Below, in pieces: positions 57,050 through 64,000 of a stretch of 64,000 bases of DNA. Each line of letters starts with the position of its first letter. Position 1 is the stretch's first letter. The notes beneath the pieces were generated by a model. The model was not told the origin of the DNA, searched no databases, and saw only the letters and a program-made list of their open reading frames with translations. Source of the stretch: a virus. The stretch covers positions 32,001 through 96,000 of the IMG/VR virus record IMGVR_UViG_3300028800_000062. One strand, 5' to 3'. The position numbers were made by a program, and so were the translations under genes.

Positions 57050-58677
57050 GACGTCTCCTGTGGTTAGTCTTGCTGGTCGCGCCAGTCTTCGCGCAGACTT
57101 GCAATATTCTGACACCGAGCAACTGTAAGGACACTGGTTCGCCGGTTGGTTTTACCGGCAACCAGGCCTGCTCGGCGACGGACTTACTGCCTGGCGGAGC
57201 TTGCCAGAACGGCCTGTATGCCCAGTCTCCCACACTGAAGTCCTTCGTGACCGGTTTGTCTACTTCTTTGCCGGCATTGACGAGTTGGGCCGCGGCACAG
57301 CCGGCCAAGCCGCCAATCTATTTCTCAGGCGAACTGGTGCCGCTGTCCATGAATTACGTCAACCTGGATTCGCACTCCTGCGGAGGTTCCGGGGTGACCA
57401 AGTCCCTCAGTCCCTGCCCCTGGAACAATTACCTGAATGCCAACGCCTGGACGGATAAGCTGGTCAACGCACCACCATCCGGTGTGGGCTTGAACTCGCT
57501 GGATATCAATATCTGGACCAGCCCTCTGTTTACCTCGTCAACCTACGCGGCCGCCTGCACGAGTTATATCGCTGCAGGTGGCGGCAACATCTGTTCTTCG
57601 ATCGTGGCCAGCGTGACGGCCAACAGTCCGCAGGGTGCCTGTACGCAATGCACCGCCTCCAATATCGCCTGGTGGGCGCGCGGACTGACCACCTACCAGA
57701 ATGCGATCGCGCATATCAAGGCTAAGGCAGGTGTGCGGCTCCGGCTGGCACCAATGATCAATGGCGATACGCTGCTGGCCTGCAACATGAATCAGGGAGT
57801 TGGCAACTGGACCGCTCAACAGTTGCAGGATTGTATGATTCCCGCCGAAATCGCCATGGCAGCCTTGTGGAGTGTGGATGATCTTTCCATCTGGCACGAA
57901 CCTTGTGGCGTGGCCAAGCTGGTAATGAACGGCGGGACAGGTGGTTGTGTGCCGGCTGTTAGCGACCTGCACGCTATGATCACGATGGCTATCCCGCTAC
58001 TGAATGCCGCTTCCATCAACCCCAATATTCAGTTGGGTGCAGGTGTGACCGCGGGTGATATCGGAGGCATTCCGTATAATGCCAGCAATTCCGGCAACTA
58101 CTGGTCGGACTGGTTCACGATCCCTGGATTGAACTTCCAAGGTATCGACGCTTATCCTATTTCTAGTCAGCCGAGCAGCAACTACTTCACTTATACGATC
58201 AACGTCTTCACCATGATGACCCAGGACGCAATCGCGCATGGCAAGAAAGTATGGGACAGCGAGTCGGCGCCGCCGAGATGGGAAACCACAAATGCGTCGA
58301 TCGGTGCCGGTGAAAGCTCCGCTTACCTGGGGTGCGGCGATCAGGAGTGGTATAACGACGGAACCGGGCCGGCCTGGCTGCTCGCCTATACGTCTTATGG
58401 GCGGGCCGTAGGGCTAACCGGCTTCAGTCTGTTCGGTACGGAGATGTGGCTCGTCCAATCGACGGATCCAAACAATAACCACTGCAGTTCGAGCGGGGAT
58501 GGAACTCCGGGGCAATTCGACCAGTGGGCTCTCAATGCAGCGATCACCAATGCTCCGCTCTCCCCTTTGGGAACAGTGATGGGTCAAATCACATCGGATA
58601 ATTCCACGGATACGGTGCCGGGAGTCTCTTTGACAGGTAGGGCACGGCTGACCGGCCGCGCGAGATTAGGACGGTAA
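57046..58677 (+). CDS. Secreted-type putative glycoside hydrolase (clan GH-A-like TIM barrel)
   Basis: MRRLLWLVLLVAPVFA-Q; SIWHEP (acid/base-like), GIDAYP, KKVWDSES (nucleophile-like); Cys-rich. Confidence 0.5.
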   Translation: MRRLLWLVLLVAPVFAQTCNILTPSNCKDTGSPVGFTGNQACSATDLLPGGACQNGLYAQSPTLKSFVTGLSTSLPALTSWAAAQPAKPPIYFSGELVPLSMNYVNLDSHSCGGSGVTKSLSPCPWNNYLNANAWTDKLVNAPPSGVGLNSLDINIWTSPLFTSSTYAAACTSYIAAGGGNICSSIVASVTANSPQGACTQCTASNIAWWARGLTTYQNAIAHIKAKAGVRLRLAPMINGDTLLACNMNQGVGNWTAQQLQDCMIPAEIAMAALWSVDDLSIWHEPCGVAKLVMNGGTGGCVPAVSDLHAMITMAIPLLNAASINPNIQLGAGVTAGDIGGIPYNASNSGNYWSDWFTIPGLNFQGIDAYPISSQPSSNYFTYTINVFTMMTQDAIAHGKKVWDSESAPPRWETTNASIGAGESSAYLGCGDQEWYNDGTGPAWLLAYTSYGRAVGLTGFSLFGTEMWLVQSTDPNNNHCSSSGDGTPGQFDQWALNAAITNAPLSPLGTVMGQITSDNSTDTVPGVSLTGRARLTGRARLGR

Positions 58678-58689
58678 GCGAGGATCCCT

Positions 58690-58935
58690 ATGTTTCAGTC
58701 TTTTAGCGATGTACAAACGGCTGTGGATGCACTGACTGCGCGGGTCAATGCTCTCGATGGGCAGAATCTCCCGAATCCGTCCACAGCCGCCATCAATGTG
58801 TTGCAGGCTAATGTTGCCGGCGCTCAGGAGACCATCAATCAGCTGGTGCTCACCCTGGATTCCCAATTACAGGACCTGCAGACCACAGTCAATAACCTGC
58901 AACTGGCGGTGAACCGGCTCAACGGCATATCATGA
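58690..58935 (+). CDS. Small coiled-coil protein
   Basis: 81 aa with heptad pattern; SD gagga. Confidence 0.65.
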   Translation: MFQSFSDVQTAVDALTARVNALDGQNLPNPSTAAINVLQANVAGAQETINQLVLTLDSQLQDLQTTVNNLQLAVNRLNGIS

Positions 58936-59111
58936 TTCTGAATCTGACTGAATCGGAGATCGAGGTGTTGTGGTGGGCGGTTGGAAACAGCCGCCGCGTC
59001 CTGCATCCGGATCCGGCCACTAATGTGACCTGTCAATGTTCTTGTTGTACGGCTTTTCGCAGAGTGGATGAGCGCTTCCGGGACGTGGTCGCCAACCGGC
59101 ACCGCGTCTAA
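58932..59111 (+). CDS. Small hypothetical protein with CxCxCC (not in ORF track)
   Basis: ATGA-coupled; MILNLTESEIEVLWWAVGNSRRVLHPDPATNVTCQCSCCTAFRRVDERFRDVVANRHRV, 59 aa; stop overlaps the convergent gene's stop. Confidence 0.5.
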   Translation: MILNLTESEIEVLWWAVGNSRRVLHPDPATNVTCQCSCCTAFRRVDERFRDVVANRHRV

Positions 59112-59827
59112 CGGAAGGCTCCCGCGGCGGCGGCGCCGGTGAGCATGCCGGCCGCGGTCGGGGCAATGGCGCCGGTGATGGATAACGGGATCCGAAGCCA
59201 GTTGGGAAGAGGCTTGGTAGCGATCGCCAGGTTCGTCATCATGTGTTCCGTAGCCTGGCTGGCCTTGGCGCTGGCATCCGTGGTAATGGCCACGTTGTGA
59301 CCGATGTCCTTCCAGGTGACTAGCATACTTGGCAGTGCGCGCTGAAAGTCCCGGCTGGATTCGGCCAGCTCGCCGGCGGTGACTTTTGAGGCCGCCACCA
59401 GTCCCAGCAGCTGCGGATGCAGATCCTTGATGGTCTTATCCGTATCAAGCACCGTCTGATCCAGGTGCGCGGTGATCGCTCCGGCGTTCTGGAGTACCGG
59501 CTGCAGATCGGTGCGCAGCCCATGCACTTCGCCTACCGCAGTATCCACACGTTCGAGACCTTCCTGAATACTGACATGCGCGGTATCCACACCGTGGCGG
59601 ATCTCAGTCTGGGACGCGAAACGCAGATCCGTGAGCTGCCCGTGCACTTCCTTCAGTAATTCTCCGCGTGTACGATCGAGCTGTGCATTGATCAAGGACC
59701 GGGTCTTGTCCGATTCCCTCTGGGCCACGCCGAACTGAGCTTTGACCAGCGCGCGGGCGTCCAGGAGCAGCAGGCACAGACAGATGGTAACGGCGACAGC
59801 GCAGCCGGCGTAGATGTATTTACCCAT
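59108..59827 (-). CDS. Membrane-anchored coiled-coil protein
   Basis: N-terminal TM helix, long helical body, hydrophobic C-terminus (spanin-like topology is possible but unproven). Confidence 0.55.
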   Translation of the reverse strand: MGKYIYAGCAVAVTICLCLLLLDARALVKAQFGVAQRESDKTRSLINAQLDRTRGELLKEVHGQLTDLRFASQTEIRHGVDTAHVSIQEGLERVDTAVGEVHGLRTDLQPVLQNAGAITAHLDQTVLDTDKTIKDLHPQLLGLVAASKVTAGELAESSRDFQRALPSMLVTWKDIGHNVAITTDASAKASQATEHMMTNLAIATKPLPNWLRIPLSITGAIAPTAAGMLTGAAAAGAFR

Positions 59828-60410
59828 GGAGAAAAGCTCCTTCTTTGCCTAGATATTGGCGAGCGTTCAGCAGGCTGCGCGACATTTCCTGCGCGGCGGC
59901 CTGGCGCATCGTCCAGGCGGGCTCGCTATCCACGTAATCGCCTCCGGTCTGCAGCCTGGTCATGTTCCGGCCGGCGTCGGCGGCATACTGCATCGCTTTG
60001 CCAACAGAGGCCTGCAACATCGGATCGAGAACAAAGCCTCCCACCAGGCCTCCCAGGCCGCCTCCTAAAGCCGTGCCGATGGCCATACCGAGGAAGGGCG
60101 TGGCGCCGGCAGCAAATGCGGACAGTTTGTGGCGATGGGGTGCTTGTGCCGCGCTGAATAGCGCGATCGGTAAACCGAAAGTGAGATAACCGCCCAGCAG
60201 GGAACCGCCCGCTAATTTGCCAGCGTCGTTCAGGTGCGGTCCAGCTTCCTTGATACCTGCCCAAGCCGTGGCTCCGCGCTTTCCCCGCTCGGCAAACATG
60301 GCGGGGATGATTCCCTGCCGGGAAACCAGGTTTCCCCAGTTGCCGGGCCACAGCATCCGGGCCATGTCATCGACTTGCCCGCCTACTATCGGAACTCCGA
60401 ATATGTTCAT
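59820..60410 (-). CDS. Glycine-zipper membrane-type protein
   Basis: GMAIGTALGGGLGGLVGGF; coupled to neighbouring genes. Confidence 0.6.
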   Translation of the reverse strand: MNIFGVPIVGGQVDDMARMLWPGNWGNLVSRQGIIPAMFAERGKRGATAWAGIKEAGPHLNDAGKLAGGSLLGGYLTFGLPIALFSAAQAPHRHKLSAFAAGATPFLGMAIGTALGGGLGGLVGGFVLDPMLQASVGKAMQYAADAGRNMTRLQTGGDYVDSEPAWTMRQAAAQEMSRSLLNARQYLGKEGAFLHG

Positions 60411-60868
60411 CAGGCAGCCTTGGCGTATCCCATCAGGCGGTCTTTGGCGCCCTTCGGGTCTTTAACGATCTGGTGTTCCCAGAGAAGCATCAGGTGGTAA
60501 CCGGCGTTGGTCAGGAAAGTAAACCGTCGCGCATCCCGCCGGCGCCAGCGCAATTGTTGCTTGGTCAGACTCGAAGTTGGGTTACATACCGGGCAGCTGT
60601 GCCAATAACAGCCCTGGACTTCCAGTACGGTTTGTGGCGGCAGGAAGAAGTCCACGTGCGTCCTGGAGATGGCATGCTCCGACTTATAGGGGATGCCCAG
60701 TTCCAGCAGCCAGCCTTCGACGATCGCCTCGATTCCGGATTGCTTGTGTACCTTGCGCTGAATTGTGTGCCAGGAGTGTCCCCGGCGGGCTTTGGCCTTA
60801 GCCGAGACCACCAGGCGCAGCTTGCGTTTGCGCGCGGGAGGTTTAGTCCCTTTGCACTTCCGGGCCAT
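60410..60868 (-). CDS. Vsr/DUF559-like PD-(D/E)xK endonuclease
   Basis: SGIEAIV...VDFFL...VLEVQGCYWHSCP...RDARR...GYHLMLLWE. Confidence 0.8.
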   Translation of the reverse strand: MARKCKGTKPPARKRKLRLVVSAKAKARRGHSWHTIQRKVHKQSGIEAIVEGWLLELGIPYKSEHAISRTHVDFFLPPQTVLEVQGCYWHSCPVCNPTSSLTKQQLRWRRRDARRFTFLTNAGYHLMLLWEHQIVKDPKGAKDRLMGYAKAA

Positions 60869-61674
60869 TAGAGCGCCCGAGCAAGTACGTGTAGGATCCC
60901 CGTCGGCGCGGTTGTGTCTGTGATCAGGTTTACGGTCAATCCTGAACCGTTCGCCAGTTTGACGAAGTCGCCGACCACGACGGCATCGAAAGTAGCTGGA
61001 GTGCCGTGACCTGTGGGCGTATCCGCGTCCACCGGGATCTCGATGCTGAACGTGGGGGTGTAATTATTGTCAGCAAAAGGCGGTGAGAACAGCACGGTGA
61101 CCGGATTGATGCCGGCCGGTAGGGCGGTGAACGGGAGAGACAGGCCACGGAAGTTACTGGCCGCCAGGGTAGCGCTCGAAACGCTGGCCGCCATGCTGTT
61201 CAACGTGGTCTGAATACTCAGTACGGAGTTCTGCAGCGCCTGCACGGAGTTCTGCAGGTTGTTCTGGTTGGTGGTGGCCAGGCGGGTCTGCAGGGCCAGA
61301 ATCTGGGCATTGACGCTGTCCATGGAGGCACTGAGGGATTGCTGCGCGTTGGAGAGCGAGGACAGTACATCCGACACCAGGTAGAAGTTGCCGTTCTGGT
61401 CGTGAAACAACGGACTGTCGATACTGCGGCTGGCGTAGGCGGTGGACCCGTCGAGTCCGGAAGCCGCGGCAGTCGGCAGGGCATTAATCACCGGCAGGAT
61501 CTGTTCATTAACCAGGTTGCAGATCTCCGCCAGGTCGTTCAGGACTTCTTCCTGGAAGGCGTTGAAATCGGAACTGGAGGGGGATCCGTTCAGCGGAACT
61601 TTGGCCACCACGGTGGTCAGCTCTACGGTGGGCAGATCAAGGTTCGTATTCATTGGTAAAAGGTACCCTTTCAC
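60868..61674 (-). CDS. Coiled-coil virion/fibre-like protein
   Basis: GSPSSSDFNAFQEEVLNDL N-terminus, central coiled coil, C-terminal beta domain (FSPPFADNNY). Confidence 0.55.
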   Translation of the reverse strand: MKGYLLPMNTNLDLPTVELTTVVAKVPLNGSPSSSDFNAFQEEVLNDLAEICNLVNEQILPVINALPTAAASGLDGSTAYASRSIDSPLFHDQNGNFYLVSDVLSSLSNAQQSLSASMDSVNAQILALQTRLATTNQNNLQNSVQALQNSVLSIQTTLNSMAASVSSATLAASNFRGLSLPFTALPAGINPVTVLFSPPFADNNYTPTFSIEIPVDADTPTGHGTPATFDAVVVGDFVKLANGSGLTVNLITDTTAPTGILHVLARAL

Positions 61675-61689
61675 CAGTTGTTAGTATAG
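61672..61689 (-). promoter_or_regulatory. CTATACTAACAA promoter-like motif (copy 3)
   Basis: Minus strand reads ctatactaacaactggtg, ending in the GTG start of the 61674 gene. Confidence 0.5.
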
Positions 61690-61696
61690 GTGCGGA

Positions 61697-62962
61697 TCAA
61701 TAAACGTTCTCGAGATAAGCACCCGTAAAGATGGGGGTTAATGCCCGGTTGGCACTGGACAACTGCACTCGCAGAGTGGCTGGAACCTGCGCCGGACCTT
61801 GGACGTAGATTACCTGGAACGTGCGGCCGCTTTCGTTCGAGAAGTCCCCGTTGATGATGGGCACGCGGAGCAGCTGCCATTGCAGGTTGACTTCCTGTAC
61901 ACCGACGTACTCGTGCGTCAGTCCCGGCTGCAGCTGTGTAGGATCCAGCCCGTAAGCCACGTTCATGTATTCGTTGGCTGCTACATCCAACACATCGAGA
62001 GAGCTCGGGTATATTGAGGCAGGCAGCATGTAGGGATTCTGGCTGCCAGTGGGGCATAGAACCCAGCTGGTGTTGATCTGAGTGTTCTGTGCCACATCCG
62101 TAACTCCCGGCAAAGACAGGATGTCGTCGGGATTGACCTTTTGTGGCAATTGGTCGCCCAGGGTCAGATAGTAGTTTAGGCCGGCGGGCGCCCGGAAGCG
62201 CACCTGGCTGGTAACCGGCGCGATCATCACCGGCTTGCTCACGAATTCCGAATACAGCTGGTAATCGACGATGTACACGTTCAGGTTCGACAAGCCGAAA
62301 GTGAAAGCGGTTCCGCTCAGAGTATCCGGATGCGTTGGCGTGATCTCCACCCGAAGATACTGAAAAGATTGGTTATTGAACCAGGCATTGACCCTGGATC
62401 CATTCTGCGAAACGCCGGCCGCCGCTTCCCAGGTGACTCCGGTCTGGCTGCCGTAGACCTGGATGACAGGGGTTCCAGGAGGCATGGTGGCGTCAAATAC
62501 CAGCAGCGTAAGGGCCTGCGCATTATAAAGCTGGAGTTCGAAGATGCCGGTGGGCATGGAGTCGTCGGTCAGGCTGACCTGGTACATGTCGCCGAACTGG
62601 TTCACCGTGCCGGTAGCCGAGGAAAAGACCGTCGACTTGATATTAGCCTCCACCAGGGTCGTCGATTCACGCAGAGTGACCGCCTGGCTGTCCGCCCGCA
62701 CCGCGGCGCTGGTCAGGGTCTGGTCAATATCCAGAAAGTCGCTGGTGATGAACCGGCAGGCGATATCCGGCGAGAGCAGTCGCACGGCCCGTTGCCGGCG
62801 GGAGGTCAGCGCATTGAAATCCTGCTCGAAGCGAAACAGGGTGTCCTGCTGAACCTGCGCCATGGCCGCCAGCACTTGGCTGCCGGTGTTCTGCAGTGCA
62901 GACAGCAGCCCCATCAGCTGGCTGGCGGATGACGCCGTGTTATCGCTCAAGTTGGTAGACAT
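61697..62962 (-). CDS. Putative baseplate/virion structural protein
   Basis: 421 aa, N-terminal helix then beta-rich domains; TAATG coupling with the upstream gene. Confidence 0.55.
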   Translation of the reverse strand: MSTNLSDNTASSASQLMGLLSALQNTGSQVLAAMAQVQQDTLFRFEQDFNALTSRRQRAVRLLSPDIACRFITSDFLDIDQTLTSAAVRADSQAVTLRESTTLVEANIKSTVFSSATGTVNQFGDMYQVSLTDDSMPTGIFELQLYNAQALTLLVFDATMPPGTPVIQVYGSQTGVTWEAAAGVSQNGSRVNAWFNNQSFQYLRVEITPTHPDTLSGTAFTFGLSNLNVYIVDYQLYSEFVSKPVMIAPVTSQVRFRAPAGLNYYLTLGDQLPQKVNPDDILSLPGVTDVAQNTQINTSWVLCPTGSQNPYMLPASIYPSSLDVLDVAANEYMNVAYGLDPTQLQPGLTHEYVGVQEVNLQWQLLRVPIINGDFSNESGRTFQVIYVQGPAQVPATLRVQLSSANRALTPIFTGAYLENVY

Positions 62963-64000
62963 TAGAATGTTCTCCTGAAACTGACTTGGTACAGCCGGGG
63001 CGTGTAATATCCTTTGCGAGCCACCAGGCCGGCATTGGCTAAAGCGGAGGTCTGGTAGCAGATCAGCACGTTGGGCATGCCTTCCGAGCTGGAGAAGGTC
63101 AGCGTATTGCCGTTGAACTGATAGACATCCGGACCCAGCAGAGCGTTGCTCTGGTAAACGGTCAGGGTATTGGGAAGCGGCGTCTCCTGCAATACCAAAG
63201 ACCGGGTGTCGTTGCTGGGCGGGTTCTGCGGCTGGATGTTGATCTTGATGCTGCGCTGCAGGATGTTATTGCCCATATCTAGCGTGGCGATGTTGTTGAT
63301 CTGGAACCAGCCGGTGGTCGCCGGATCCGCGCCTGGGTCATTGATGGGCGAGGCGGCTTGCGCAAAGTTGGCGTCCAGCCTCTGCAGCATAGCGCGGTAC
63401 CAGCAGGTGGTTGCACCAAGATCGATCTCTTGGCCCGGCACAAGCCCCTGGAAGCTGAGCCCGTCATAACTGATTTGATGGGTAATCGAAGTCAACTGGT
63501 CGGCCTGGTGTGAAACGGCATCGAAGTTGACCATTCCCAAGCTGTCAAAGGTGATCGGATCGGTTTGTACTGAAGCTGTGGTGTCGTAGGTGCGTGCGGA
63601 GAAATAGATGTTGCGCAGGGAGATCTGATTGGCGCCGGTTTGGTCCTCGAGCACCAGGCGTAATTGCGAGACATGCCGCGGATCGAAGTCCAGTGTGACA
63701 TCTCCGGAAAACTTGTTGGAGCTGCCATCGAGAGACAAGTCTTCCGCCTGCAGTTCGGCGCGCAGGTCTTCGATGAGCACTCCGTCCGGCGACGAGACCA
63801 ACTTGTTCAGATAAATTCCCTGATAGCTGTTGAGTTCAATGGTGATCCGGTTCAGGATCGTCGGCGTGGCAAAGGTGAAGAACAGTTCCAGCAGGGATCC
63901 ATTCCAGGTCACGTAGGTGGTCAGATCTCCATCCAGCAGGTCGCTAAGGTTGCCGGTCAGTGTCCCCGTATCGCAGTTCACACCCAGGACCACCGTGGAG
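62962..64000 (-). CDS. Putative baseplate/virion structural protein (probably 5' truncated by window)
   Basis: LLDGDLTTYVTW discoidin-like start; C-terminal TPRLYQVSF similar to the neighbour's TPIFTGAYL; ORF runs to the window edge. Confidence 0.55.
   Translation of the reverse strand, partial: STVVLGVNCDTGTLTGNLSDLLDGDLTTYVTWNGSLLELFFTFATPTILNRITIELNSYQGIYLNKLVSSPDGVLIEDLRAELQAEDLSLDGSSNKFSGDVTLDFDPRHVSQLRLVLEDQTGANQISLRNIYFSARTYDTTASVQTDPITFDSLGMVNFDAVSHQADQLTSITHQISYDGLSFQGLVPGQEIDLGATTCWYRAMLQRLDANFAQAASPINDPGADPATTGWFQINNIATLDMGNNILQRSIKINIQPQNPPSNDTRSLVLQETPLPNTLTVYQSNALLGPDVYQFNGNTLTFSSSEGMPNVLICYQTSALANAGLVARKGYYTPRLYQVSFRRTF

Noticed and set aside
1-64000. Alternative genetic code (stop-codon reassignment), as seen in some large phages
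   Set aside because: Long ORFs tile the window densely in the standard code, and TAA, TAG and TGA all end genes that are followed by proper starts.
1-64000. tRNA, rRNA, integrase or IS elements
   Set aside because: Intergenic gaps are short and I saw no cloverleaf, recombinase or transposase motifs; a tRNAscan/Infernal run would be needed to exclude small RNAs.

Overview
This window is the virion morphogenesis region of a large (jumbo-type) contractile-tailed dsDNA phage, roughly 60% GC by eye, read in the standard code. Genes run on the + strand to about 59.1 kb and then converge with a - strand block. The recognisable core is a partial prohead scaffold/protease-like gene, a head decoration-like gene, the major capsid protein, neck and tail-completion genes, tail sheath, three tube-like genes, two tail chaperones, a lytic-transglycosylase baseplate hub and a gp25-like wedge. 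Four features stand out. (1) A 1725-aa protein in the tape-measure position carries both catalytic signatures of two-barrel RNA polymerases (GAK...GAKG and R-x-P...DHDKD), so it is a candidate single-chain, virion-delivered RNAP; its 1653-aa neighbour has an N-terminal DEDDh exonuclease and a degenerate SNase-like fold. (2) At least 11 fibre, adhesin or enzyme genes among the structural genes encode Sec-type signal peptides, mostly cleaving before Gln, and are Cys-rich with shuffled shared modules, suggesting appendages matured in the host periplasm. (3) A Mu Com-like zinc-finger gene sits directly before the capsid gene, and the capsid, sheath and tube genes share a GA(A/G)GCC box plus an SD-occluding hairpin, a candidate translational regulon. 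(4) A CTATACTA(A/G)CAA promoter-like motif recurs just before short-leader starts. All family assignments come from manual motif reading and gene order; no database searches were run.
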